A DNA stretch of 61,577 nucleotides, counting the filler, from Rhabdomonas costata (taxonomy: Eukaryota): assembly GCA_019059605.1 (NCBI GenBank). It is 13 parts of 13 records of this genome, joined end to end, with 100 filler letters (N's around TTAATTAATTAA, not from the genome) between each part and the next. Parts side by side here need not be neighbours in the genome. Positions count along the whole stretch, not along the records: positions 23,806 to 28,448 come from JAHMHO010000186.1; positions 28,549 to 33,194 come from JAHMHO010000187.1; positions 33,295 to 37,929 come from JAHMHO010000188.1; positions 38,030 to 42,661 come from JAHMHO010000189.1; 9 more parts are not named here. The stretch is one strand, 5' to 3'. This document shows positions 25,438 through 38,315 of this stretch, piece after piece. Numbering within the stretch: the stretch's first letter is position 1; every line of letters starts with the position of its first letter. Made by a program: the position numbers and the translations under genes. The notes below the pieces were generated by a model. That model saw nothing but the letters and a program-made list of their open reading frames with translations, searched no databases and had not been told where the DNA came from.

Positions 25438-26265
25438 CGATTGCAACAGAGGGAGGTTATAGCGCAGCAAGGTGGGATTTCCCAGAGATTTTATGGCAAC
25501 ACGCTTCTTCCCCGGTTGCTGCTTTCCTTCACACGTAAAACTCAAATGTGAGTGGCCGGGACCCGGAACACAGGGAATGAGAGACACAAACGTGTGACTG
25601 TCCAGGGTAACGTTCGAAACGTCATATGGGGCGCTATACTGTGAGCGGCTCTGGCGGAGCCCTGAAAAAAAAACGTTTGAGAATCAGCCTCCGACTGAGC
25701 TGGGAGGAGCTCCCTGCTCCTGGGTTGGGGTCACGTCATGGTGCCGACGAGCGAGTACCAACTCGGTGTAGGGAGGGGGATTGCTTTACAAAGGGATAAA
25801 CACGTCCGATGTGTGGAAATTTCTGCATTTGTGTTTGCCGTAGGCGTGAGACGTGTTGGTGCTCGATTCTTCCGGGGAAAATCCGAGGGTATCAAAAGGA
25901 AAGTAGTTGTCACTGACTTAAGCTCATTCATTGGAAATTTGGCAATTCTGGCCGCTGCCGCTGTTGCCTGAGCCGCGTGAACTTACTTGATAAGCCAGTA
26001 ATGCTCCGAAACTCCGAATTTCGCGAGTCAACAACACAAGCTTTTAGCTTTTTTCCAACACAACCGTTTTTGGCTTGTTTAAATGTCGTTGGTCCCTCTC
26101 GGCATCCTGTTCTGTGGGTCAGTATGCTGTGGCTCTCAGTCAACGGGTCCGGTGGCTTGTTAACCGTCCATGTGCTTTGTTAGCTCTCCCTCTCCGTGAA
26201 GAGACTGGCTCTGTTTCTTTCTGTAGATGAGGTTTTCTCTTCTTCTTCTTTGGAAATTTTGAGTG

Positions 26266-28040
26266 ATGGCAGAGTGCCTGACAATAATCCACTTCAATGA
26301 CGTGTACAACATCGAGGCTCGCCTGGCCGAGCCGGTGGGCGGCGCCGCCCGCTTCACAGGAATGTTGAACTCGTTCTCGGACCGCAACCCGTTGGTGCTC
26401 TTCAGTGGGGACGCTTTCAACCCGAGCACCATGAGCACGGTAACCCAAGGCAAACAAATGCCACCGTGTTTGAATTCCATGAAGATTCAGGTATTTGTTG
26501 TCTGTTGCAGCGTATTGGTGGCATCACTTTGGTTTATGGGGTTGCCTTGTTTGTGTTGCTCACCCTCCTCCTCCTTGGTTTCAGGCCGCGTGCGTTGGGA
26601 ACCATGACTTTGACTGCGGGATAAAAGTCCTGCAGGATCTTGCACAGCAGTGCAACTTTCCTTGGCTCCTTTCGAACGTCTTCGCAAAAGATTCCGAGAT
26701 ACCGTTGGGAGGTATTTTTGCTTCCAATTTTGTGGAATTATAGCAGTGAGAAACATCTTCAACGTTTAGGGCGTCAAGTTTATCATTGGCTTTCAGCCCA
26801 ACCACCAACAACAACCTGCACCAACCACCACCAAAATGCGTCACCATTGATTTCCTTGACAAGTGTCACGTTTAAAAGGTGATAGCCAACGCCCAGGAGT
26901 GAAAGAAACCTGAAAAATAGATAATGTTCAAAATGAACCGAAATGGTAGCAACCTGGGTTTGAGCTTGTTGCCATTGTGGTCCTCAGGTCTTCTTGTTTC
27001 AAGGTTTGGTCCCCTTACCAACACAGGTGCTCAGCTTACCCATGTGATTACGTGGCAGGGACGAAAAATTGGTCTTCTCGGTCTCGTGGAGCGGGAGTGG
27101 TTGGAAACGCTCCCGACAATCAATCCCGACGAGGTGACTTACGTGGGCTTTGTGGAACAGGGGAAAAGGCTGGCGACGAAACTTCGGCACGAGCAAGGCT
27201 GCGAGCTGGTTATCGCTCTCACTCACATGCGGGTTCCCAACGACCACATTCTGGCGTTCGAGGTTTGCGCTTTCAATGACGACAAGCGACTTCTTATTCG
27301 TCGTCTTCTACTTCTTCTTCTTTTTGCTTTTCGCAGTGCGAAGGTGTAGTAACATGACTTTTGAAATGATCTTGCGGGATCTGAGTCCTGAGAAGTTTTT
27401 GGATGTTCAGAATTTGAATTCCCCCATCCTCGGCTTCAGGTGAGCGAGATAGACATAATCCTCGGAGGGCACGACCACCACTATGAGGTGAGGCGCTGCG
27501 GGGCTCAGGTCTGCTCTGCGTCTTCTGTGTTTACGAGCAAACGAATCCCTTGGTGGGGCTGAGCTGAGATGTCCTTGACCCCGCACCCGCCTTTCATTTA
27601 GATTGCCGGCCGAAAAGAAACGGAGGCGATCGTTCTACTGTTTGGTTTTCAGCAATTTTTTACTTTTGTGGGCAGGGCACCTGGGTGTTGAAGAGTGGGA
27701 CGGATTTCCGGGAAGCCACTGTGGTCACCATGGAGTTTGGGCAAGCCGCTCTGGAAGCCATTGCAGCGGACCCCGAGTCGGGCAACGCGGAGCGGTATTC
27801 GTGTTTCATTCAGATTTATAACTTTCCTACCGTCAACCTAAGAAAAAACTATAAAGTTCGAAAAAGATGGCCTCAGACGGGGACACTTGGGAATGTTTGG
27901 ATCATTGGTTTGTTTCCAGGCGGGGGGGCTTCTATGTGCGGTGCCAGCGGGTTGTGGTTACCCGAGCCTTCCCGGAAGACCCTGAAGTTGCGGCTCTGGT
28001 GAAGGGCTTTTCGGAAGAAATGGGGCAGCAGATGGGACAG
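26266..28040 (+). CDS. 5'-nucleotidase / calcineurin-like metallophosphoesterase (cytosolic type, partial)
   Basis: Exons 26266-26490, 26585-26711, 27027-27262, 27440-27508, 27676-27794 and 27920-28040 splice in frame. They carry the motifs HFNDVY, SGDAFNPS, GNHDFD, ALTHMR, ILGGHDH and KSGTDFR. No signal peptide is visible. Confidence 0.92.
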
Positions 28041-28548
28041 GTTTGTCGGGTGCTTTTTTGTGTGTGAAAAGGGACATGTCCTTGAGATTTATTTCTCATG
28101 TCTTCTATGATGGAGGGTGGCTTTGGGGGTGTAATGGTGCGTCACAAAAACCAGGGACGCGAAAAACGTTGTGCGATTTAGCTCGCGTTCTGTTTGCTCT
28201 CCCCCAACACAGGACTTTTGCCCTCTAATTTTCTTTCTGTAAAACTGTTGTGAATACGTTGGGAACAGAAACCGTGTCTGGATTTCTCTGTGTGTAGTTG
28301 ACGCTTGCTCACTTTTTCCCTTGGTTTTTCTGTGGTGAAAGCAAGGGTAACCTTCACAAAGAAATCTAGGGAAATTTCGGTTCCTTTCGAGGGAGGTGGT
28401 GTATGAACCGTAAAGCACACGCAAACCTCCCCGTTACACACACCACACNNNNNNNNNNNNNNNNNNNNNNNNNNNNNNNNNNNNNNNNNNNNTTAATTAA
28501 TTAANNNNNNNNNNNNNNNNNNNNNNNNNNNNNNNNNNNNNNNNNNNN

Positions 28549-31500
28549 CAGCTTTTCCCATGCAGCCCCGAGGAGTGCTGCATCACTGTTGTGCAACTTG
28601 GCACCGTTCCTCAACCAGGTTAGTGTGACACGCCTGCAGACTTATCGCCATTTTGGTTTGACCTGATTCCTTGCTGCGCTTCGTTAGTAGTGTGTATGCT
28701 TTCGAGAATGGCTCAAACTTCGGCCGCGCTTCTCCAACCAATTTCGTGCTGTGGGATACACATTTGAATTCCTTTTTTGGCACATTTTAACACTGAGATT
28801 GTACTTGATTGTAAATATTCTCGACTGGAAAGGGTCAGATGGGCAAGCCCGCCACGCAAAACCCGATCGAAGAATCGCAGACTCCCCCCGGCCCCACCCA
28901 TGGTGTCGAGAACCGCTTTGATATTACTCATACCTGGCTACCCTCCATACAGCAACGACTTTGCTAGGGTTGTGGTGCGTCATTGTCGGCGTCTGGGTAG
29001 AGTTTTAGGGTTTGGCTGGTGTATCCTTGGACTTTGCCGATGGGCGAACAATCGGAGCTCTTTGTATCGTCGTTCGAGTAGTCCTTACCAACAATATGTT
29101 AAAGAGATCGGGAAAACCCTAGTTTTCGAACCTTTGCGGCCACAGTACGTTAATGTGCATGCTGCTTCTTGGGTTAGTGGTGGTGGTGAAGCCGCTGCGA
29201 CCGGATTGCAGCACGCTGCCCTCGTGTTGGCCCCAACTGCCGCTGCGAGAGCCCTCCGCAAGAGTGTGCGCCGGCGCGCGGTGCACGCCTGAGGAGTGCT
29301 GCATGGAAGGTGACGACTGCTCGCTTTTCCCGAGCTGAGTGGAAAGTGGTGCTTTGCAGTTTTGCGCAAACGGGTTCCGGTGAGTTGTAAGTTGTCAGGT
29401 TAGCCGATTAATAAGGAGAATCCGCCGACTTGCCTCTCAAACGAACACGGTCCCACTCGTCCGCCCATTGTCAACCAGAAACAAGGAAATTTATCTGAGT
29501 GACGGACCCAGAAAGGTCATAGAAGCGAGTAGCGAGTTAACTCTTAATGCTGCGATTCCATTCTGTGGAGCGCATGTGTTTACCAATCCTTTGGTTTCCG
29601 AGGGGGAGGAGGCAAAAAAAAACTGAAGCACAATCGTGTGTTGCCCGTATCACAAGGAATTATGCGAATAAGGTGGTGGAATGTTTCAATGGTGAACGCT
29701 GGAATTCGCCTTCCGGATGTGTCCCTCCGGTGATATTTTTTGCATAGCTCATGCATGCCGTGAACGCCTCCACAGTACTCGAGGACATCGTATTTTTCAA
29801 TGTTAGATGTTCTAGCAATCAGAAACTGCCTCGCACTCGATGTGCGACCCAACCTCGTTATACACCCGATTCCCATCTATTAGCGTTCCGCAAGGCTGTA
29901 AAAAATATAATCGGTTACAGAAGTCCGCAAAGTATAAAGAAAACGTTCTCCTCCCCCAGCGGAAAATGCAAGTGCTCCGGTATTCCTCCTGTTGATTGCG
30001 ATGGGGTTGCATACGCTCCTCTTTGAATGCGTCTAATTTTTTCACGTGACCTAAGAATGATGCAAACCAATTGTGAGGGCTCCTCTAACTCTGTGGCTCA
30101 ATCCCCTTTCTTATTCTGAGTCCGAAACTTCTGTGAACCTGATGGCTTCGCAAGCCATGAACTCGACATGTATTTCCTGTCCCCTCCGTTTCCTTTGGCA
30201 GCCCCGATGTGCGACAGCGTGGCATCCACGCTGGTCTGCCCTCCAGGCGAGGTCTTTATGGCCGAGCCCTCGGAAAAGAGCTGCCTGGCCCACGACTGCA
30301 CACCCGTGGACTGCTGCGTTCCCGGTGTTTGTTTTTTGTTGGGTGGGGGGCTTCATTTCGCAAATCACCCCCTTGTCTGATTGCTATTGTCGCATGTCAC
30401 TGACAGGTACAATCAGCCATCACTTGCAAAAGACTTCCACTTTGAGTGAACTCCATGGCAAACGCAACGCGGTGATTTGTGGGATCAGGTTTGTAGGAAA
30501 CAGCGCTGATTGTATGGGACGCTGCCCACATCGACTCTTGCGCACGTTCCGTTCCAAGCTCAACGGCGCATGTGTTTACAATTGCATTAGAGCGCTGTGT
30601 AACCGCTGAAAGTGGTGCAGCAAAGCATCGGGACTGCCTTCCGTGCGAACTTTTTTGTGCATGGGCTTTCCGAGTTGGATTTGTGGGTGTTTCTATGCAC
30701 AGCTCCTCTCTGCGAGAGCATGCTTGCCCGGTGCCCGCTGGACCAGGAGCTGGGCCCCGCCGCCTTCTCCAAGAAATGCGTCTCCTCCAGTTGCACGCCG
30801 GGCGAGTGCTGCACAAGAGGTGTGGATTCCAGCCTCCAAACCTGTTGTAATTGTTATAAAAATGATTGTTATAAAAGTGTTATAAAAGTGATTGTTATAA
30901 AGTAGGATTTTGCATAATTGGATGCCGCCGATAAAACCTCCTCAGCGCCAGGTAAATCGAGACAAGACTTAAATAAAAAGGTAGATTCGCCAAGCGAAAG
31001 GAGTATCGGTAATGAAACACACGCCCCGCAGCGTTTGGGGAGGCCCTTTGGATAGAAAATACCCGGGCCGGCCCGCTCAGCGCTGGTGGTATTGAAAATG
31101 GGACGCGAAGTCGAATTCATTTTGGCAGAAGCCGGGAGCGTGCACATCGCGCCGGTTGATCTTGATATGAGCACCCCGCCCCCCGATTAACTAAGGCATT
31201 CCCTTCCCTCCAGTGTGTATGTCTCGTTTCTTTTGGTGAGTAGGGGCTCGGCGGCTTGCGCGTGAGCGGGGCTGGGTGTCAACCCTGTCGCGGGCTGCCA
31301 TTTTCGAGTGTTGCTGCATGCTAGTAGGCCTTTTTCCTTCAGCGAGGTTGGGTCGGACAAGGTCGGCTTGACTGTCGCTGCCCCGAGCCTTCCGCTTCCG
31401 TTTACTGTTCTTGCCCCACTGCCTATTCTTTTTGTCTTGTTCTGCTACCAATACCCGTTGGCACCCCGTTTGCGCATGCGCGGGCATGCCCGGTTTTCCG

Positions 31501-32760
31501 TTTTTCGTTTCTCTTTGCTGGAAATTTGGAAATTTGGGCTTTCTTTCTACTCGTGCTTCATATGCTTACTCCAGCGCAATTCCCATGGAAAGTGATCACC
31601 CCTTCCTCGGGATGGCTCCGCCGCGGTCAGCATTGCTCGGCGGTCTTCCAGGGCCAGCTGCTTGTCATCGGGGGGTGGTCCGCGGAACAGGTCATCCTGG
31701 GTGACGTCTGGGGCAGCACTGATGGCATCACCTGGACGCAGCGCAGCTCCATCGGGCCGTTCAACCCTCGCCGGGGCCACAGCTGCGCCGTGCTCGGGGA
31801 GCGCCTGCTGGTGCTCGGAGGAGTCGCAAAGATGGAAGCAGGATTTATCCCTCCAGGTGGAGTGGTACCCCCCATTACTCTGCCGCACTTCGACAGTGAG
31901 GTTTGGGGTGCGGTGTCCGGGCTGGCCTGGAGGCAGCTCTCGGAGAGTCCCGGCAGCTTCACCCCGCGAAGCAACCACGGCACTGCGGTGTTCCAGGGCA
32001 AGGTTTGGGTTATTGCAGGGTGGAAGGAGGACGGCCCGACGCTGAATGATGTGTGGAGCAGTAGTACTGGTGCGGCAGGGGAGTGGAGTCGGGCCAAGAC
32101 AGTGCAGCCTTGGTTCTCGCCACGCTCCTCGCCCTCGGTGACGGCATTCAAAGAGCGGCTGTGGCTGGCCGGAGGCTGCTATGCGGACGGGGGCAGCGTC
32201 TATACCGACGTACGACTTGCTTTCTTTCCGTTTCCCTCCCTCGTCTTTGCAATAGTCTACCTATTAACCAATCTCTGTGTCTAAGTGATGTTCTTTCCGA
32301 ATGAGCACCCTCCCCTTCAAACCCGTAACAAACAGGTATCAAGGCTTTGTGAGTTTCGCAAGAAAAAGACATTTTTGAATACCCCTGTTCGGTGGGGGGG
32401 CTGCACTAACGGACAATCAAGTGTGCTTGAACCGCACGCCACAACAGGTCTGGAGCAGCCCCGATGGGGCAGCCTGGACCCTGGTCACCCCAGAGGGCGC
32501 CTTCGCGGGACGCTCCCACGCCGCGCTGGTGTCGTTTTCTGGGCAGCTGTGGCTGGTCGGGGGTCGGGACCGAGTGGCCGTTTTCGCCGATGTGTGGTCG
32601 TCCAGCAATGGGGTGAAGTGGGTGTCTCGGGCGCGGGCACCGAGCCCGCTTGCGGAGTTTGGGGTGGCGGTGATTCAGGGGAGCCTGGTCACGATGGGAG
32701 GCTTTCAGAGCGGTGGGCAAGGCACCACAACGGGGGCGACCAGCGCGGTTTACGTCATGG
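28549..32760 (+). CDS. Extracellular protein with tandem Cys-rich modules and a kelch beta-propeller (partial)
   Basis: Cys-module exons 28549-28618 (partial, CSPEECC), 29178-29309, 30202-30324 and 30703-30819 are followed by kelch exons 31575-32209 and 32448-32760 (RxxH...LLVIGG...DVW.S.DG..W repeats). All junctions are GT-AG and phase-compatible. Confidence 0.85.
30845..30902. repeat. Short tandem TGTTATAAAA-type repeat in an intron
   Basis: Four copies of TGTTATAAA within about 55 nt. Confidence 0.6.
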
Positions 32761-35700
32761 GTCTGCTCTTCATTCGTGCTTCTTTTTGTGTTATGAGGCG
32801 TGCTGATTGCTGCTGCGTTGTGTCGCTGTTCATTTCGTTCATTTCGAGTTCTCACTTTAAACTTCCCCAAAAAGAATTGTATTTCCTTTGTGATAGCGCA
32901 CCAAGCCCCCGCCTTCCGCACGCAATTGCTTCAATTAAAACGCACAGGGACCCACGCACACAGCGGCTCTGCCTAAGTTCATGGCAATCAATCGTTTTTC
33001 ACTGTTGAAGCAATGCCAAATAGATTGTGTACATACGTACCCTCATTACCCATTCAGCTGGAATAGTGTAAAACCGTAATCCGGAAGCTCCTTCCTCAAC
33101 TCCGAGAATTCGATTACCAGAAATGACGTGTTGTGGTTGCAAAACAGCTGAGATGTATCACTCCCACTTTGTTCTAGTTCCTTTCCACACACCCNNNNNN
33201 NNNNNNNNNNNNNNNNNNNNNNNNNNNNNNNNNNNNNNTTAATTAATTAANNNNNNNNNNNNNNNNNNNNNNNNNNNNNNNNNNNNNNNNNNNNTGTGGT
33301 TGTGACTAACATCCAAGCAAGTCAGGTTGGGAAAGACAGAGCATGAGGTCCGTGCGGCAAGTTCTGCAACCTCAAGCAATTCCTTAAAATCGTTCTTGCT
33401 TTTCAGCGATATTCCCCCAGCAGGACATCCAGTCCAAAACCTTGCGGGAGGTGTTTCCGCTGCAGTGAGGTGCTGAAGGGCGGCCGGGAAGCGAAGCATA
33501 ACCCTCCACTCCGGTGCCACTCCGGCACACCAGCCGCAGGCCGAGCTGCCGCTTTAGCCCCAGGAACCAAAATCTCCACATCAAGGCATCCCCGGAAAGC
33601 TTAAACATTCTTGTCAGAGTAGTGCTTATGACTGCTATCTCGGAAAAGCTTGAGGCTGAGCAAGGGATAATGACAAAAATGTATCGACCCAATGCTCGGA
33701 ACTTCGGGAGTGCAGAGCATAAGCATATAGAGAGGGATCATGCTCCAGGAGCTCGGAGCATCCGCAACACAGACCAGTGCCTGATGCAATCTTGTGCTTA
33801 CTCTTTGAACCAAAAAAGGGAAAACGACCCAGAAGATTATTCACGAATTCTTATGCTCCTTCCGAAACGTTGCAGACTGTTCAATCCCGCACCTGTCCCC
33901 ACTCAGCGCCTGCATGGATTCCAAACGAAAGACTGTCCACACAAGAAATTTGCAGCCGATGGGCATGACAAAAAATTCACTGCACCACAACACGCATGCG
34001 TCAGTGCCACATCCCGCCAACCAACAACTAAACGGAAAAGGCATCTGGTTGGGCAAGAGGTGAAACCCTCAGCCCAGGTCAGCAAAACAATACCTACGGA
34101 TCCACGGAAACGGTTTAAACCCTTCACCCTCTGCTACTGATTCGGATCCGGTCCATACTTGTAGGGATGGCCGTGCTTCTGAGGAATCCAACCGCTGACC
34201 TCATGCGGAGGCATGGAAAATGGGGTCAGCCAAAGCAGCACAGAAGAGGCCGAGAAGGCGTTTATTCGATTCAAACCTAATCGAAGGAAAGAGGGTTTGG
34301 TGCTGAGGATACAGAGAAGAAAAATTCTGCTTTCTCGCAGGACATGGGCATTTTTTCGAACGGCAAGCAGCCCCCCAGGATCGGAGGCTCAAATGGTACT
34401 GCAAAATAGACCAGATGATCCAGGTGACAAAGACCACTCTGCAGTCTGGGTAAAAGTGTTTTTACACCAATGCTTAGGCATCGGTACATATCAGAGGATA
34501 AAAACAGACGAAGGAAAGATGTGGTAAAGGAATAATACTCAGATCACTCACAGAGGTATCAACATTCCAGTAAAACCAAAAGGGGTCCAACTTCAAAATG
34601 AAAAACACAAGAAAACCCCCTCAGCAGTATCTGTGACACTACAATGGAAATATTATCCTCCACCAATTGCAGGAAGTCAACACAGACACAAAACAAGACC
34701 CAAACAACTACGACAGAAGTGACTTCGCAGATGAACCGAAACAACCCTTGGGCACACCAATGGAAACCAAATCCGCAAAAGAAGACACCAGGACATCCAC
34801 TCAGTTCTTGGGATACCACTTCTCCTCGCATCTAACGTAGAAGGAGGTCAGTTTGGGATAGAAAGGAGATTACCATGACGGAAGGCTCCATGAAGCCCCT
34901 ACGCACCCCATGCATCCCGTATCCCGTACCTCTCCCCACAGCGTAGGGGTGTGCGCAGAATCCAGGCCACAACGCAACCCAGGGGAACTTCCCCGCCCAC
35001 GCACCCCCCCGCTTCGGCCGCGCCGCGGACTGGCCTCCGCACCGAAAATAATTCAGTCCCTTTTCTACGGCAATCTCCTGGGAACCGTTCATTGCCTTCG
35101 GTGGCAATGAAGCGTCACCACCACTGCAACGGGGCGCTGCGGTTCGGAGGAAAGTGGGAAAACCAAGAAACCGAACGTCGCCATGCCGCACTGGCAGCAG
35201 GAAGATAAGAGACGTGAGGAACACTTCAACCACAACTGCAAACTATTGGGTGTGTTCATCCCCTTGCTTTGGTCATCTCACAGGTCACGCCTGTGTGGAT
35301 TCCAAAATGAAGGAACCCCGCACATGATAATTTGGTTCAGATTGATATACTATACGAAAAATCCTCGTGGATCGAGCCAAAGCATACGTCAACCGTATCC
35401 AAAATTTAGCCGGCCCCGCCCCCCTGCTCCAAAACGGCAAAGTATCAGCTGCAGCAAAGAAGCGGAACGCTCAACTGGTTTACGAGGAGCGCCAACGCGC
35501 TGACCTGCTCCAAAATTAACCCTTGACGCTACCCTGCACCGCGTGAAGGCTCATGATCGCCCCTTGCATAGCCTCAAAAAGCACCACACATGGGCTGGCG
35601 CCGGGTGCTTTCGAAGGCCCTCATTGCCGCTGGAGGCCGGAGCCGCTGGAGCGTGGAGGCCACCTCGCCAAGTCCTTCCGAGGTATGCGTCGGGACTGTC

Positions 35701-36991
35701 CAACAACCCGCCACACCACCCGAATGGAAGAAGCAAAACCTTGCTAGTCATTAAACGAATGATGGAGAAGTCTGGTGCCACCATACATTAGCACAACACT
35801 TACCCGCATGTCTGTCGGGAACAGGGGTAAGAATAAAAACAAACGATGTTGTCACATAAGCAGCCCGATCCTGATGCCGTGTCGCTGAAGCATTGGGGCA
35901 CAAGCCATGGGAGGGAGGTCAGAGCGGATGCAGCTTCGGAGAGGTGTCGCGTAGTTGCCGTAATAGGGCTGTCCTCCGAAGAAGGGAGGCCATCTGCTGC
36001 CACAGCAGTCTGAGCAGGGACACCAGCAGCCGAGTAAGGGACGAGGCGGGGTTCTTCGGCCACGCCACTGCAGCTGCTGCGGCAGCGGCAGCGGAGGGGC
36101 TGCTTCAATGAAGTGGGCATTGAGAGTCGGATACTGCGGTGTGCCCAAAGGGAGAGCCCGTGGACTACGTTTAGGGATGGCAGGGACTCTGCGAAGGGGA
36201 CTTGCACGGGCAGCTGCCACCTTCCGAGGAAGGAGTGGGCAGCCCTGGAGAGCGGCGGCGCGGAAGTGGGCAGCTGGCAGCTACCGAGGGACTCTCCAGA
36301 CAGGGGGCTCCAGGGAGGCAATCGCAGATGCGGGAGCCTGGTCGATCTCATTGGCAGTGTGTTCGGATTCAAAAAGATCACACAATACACCGAGAAGAAT
36401 GAACAAAAACCACAGCGCAAAGAAGCGGAGCAGCAAAGCAGCAAAAGTGAGCTTGCCTGGAATCGGAAAGATTAGTTGCGTAGTTTTGCCCAAGCTCGGA
36501 TGGCAAAACTGAAGCCAGACACATAAAACCGCGACCCAAACGTAGGAGGCCAACGCCAAGCCGAAAAGATGCTTTTCCATAAAGAGTTTCTTTCTGTGCT
36601 GAGTTTGAATGGATTCGGACTGGCGATTCTCGCCAGGACATTTCGCAGCAACGAAAGGCAAATGAAGATAGGGGGGCCATGTGCCTCGGTGTGAATAACT
36701 GGACAGGGAGACCTATCAGACAGGTCAATCGTCAAGGATGGCGAGGTGGCGCACATTGCGTAAGTAGGGTCCCCGAAACGTTCAGAGGTAATACGAATAC
36801 CACCCAACCACCAAGGAACCAAGCCTATTTCGTCGGAAAAGCGTAAACAAAACCCACCAACGCGAAACAGGAATAGCCGAGGGTACCCACTGAACCAAAG
36901 CGATCACTGAGAGGAATGCCCTCTTCGAAGCAGAGATGGTGCACCTGAACCTTCAGACACGAGAACGCCTTCTACAATCGGAGATACATAC

Positions 36992-37929
36992 CCCAGTGTG
37001 AGGATACAACTGAATTGCTGCAGGCTCCACACCTTTATAGAAAAATCCGAACTCCCGCTGATGACGCGTGAGCCATCCGGAGTAACCGCGACACAATTTA
37101 CGCAGTCAGAGTGCCCGAGAAGTGTTCTCTCCTCCTTTCCGCTCGGCAGAGTGCACACCCTAATTGCCCCGTTCCTACATCCGATAACGACGTGGGTACC
37201 ATCTGGAGTGACAGCGACAGAATTTAGGCTGATGCTCTCTTGCGTGGTGTTGTCCTTCTTTCCTTCCTTCTTTTCGTCTTCCTTCTTTCCATTCTTCAAT
37301 AAGCGTACCTCAATCTTGTCCCCATTGCCGATAACCACGCGGGAGCCATCGCGGGTGATGGCAAAGGGCCCATTGTACTCCGCAAGAGTTCTCTCCTTTT
37401 TTCCCGACTTCAGGTTCCAGACGTTTATTCTCTTGTCCTTACCTCCGCTCACAGCGCGGCTGCCGTCAGGAGTGATGGCGACGCAGGTGACAAGGTCAGA
37501 GTGCCCAGAAAGTGCTCTCTCCTCCTTTTTCGTCTCCAGATTCCACACTTTGATATGTTTATCACCGCTTCCAATGAGGACCTTGGAACCATCGGGAGTG
37601 ATAGAGACGCCGTTAACAGGGCCTGTAGCCCCAGCGAACGCTCTCTCACCCTTTCCGGATTGAATATTCCAGACAGTGATCTTGTCCTCACTTCCGCTAA
37701 TTATGCAGGTGCCATCGGGAGTGAAGGTAAGACAGTTCACGGAGCCGGTGTGTTCAGAAAGAGTTCTTTCCTCGTTCCCAGATTCAAGATTCCATACCTT
37801 GATCGTGCAATCCAAACTTCCGCTCGCCACGCGGGTGCCATCTGGAGTGACGGCAAGACAGGTGACGCCGCCCCTGTGCCCAGGGAGAGCTCGTTTTTTC
37901 TTTCCCCACAAACCCAAACACACCCACAC
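36992..37929 (-). CDS. WD40-repeat array (about 7 GH...TPDG...KVW repeats), partial
   Basis: Uninterrupted exon with roughly 42-aa repeats such as GHSDLVTCVAITPDGSRAVSGGKDKRINVWNLKSGKKERTL. A probable donor (GTATGT) lies at 36991; the ORF stays open to 36904. Confidence 0.9.
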
Positions 37930-38315
37930 NNNNNNNNNNNNNNNNNNNNNNNNNNNNNNNNNNNNNNNNNNNNTTAATTAATTAANNNNNNNNNNNNNNN
38001 NNNNNNNNNNNNNNNNNNNNNNNNNNNNNGGGTGTGTGTAGATTTCGTCCCCTCACTCTGTTGCTTACAATTGCTGCCAGGACTCAGGCGAACTGTAAGC
38101 AACAGAGTGAGGGGACGAAATCTACACCACACTTTACTCTGTCAACCAAGAGGGTCGCCACTGTCACAGCGTCCTTCCTAGCCACAAGTGGTAGTAGTAT
38201 GCTACTAAAGCGTCCAGGACTAGAGGTCACTTTCAGGAGCTCCTTAAGGTCAAAACGCTGCACGAATCCGACGGGTCCTAGCCCAACCAAAATCTGATGA
38301 AACGATACAGCGTAC

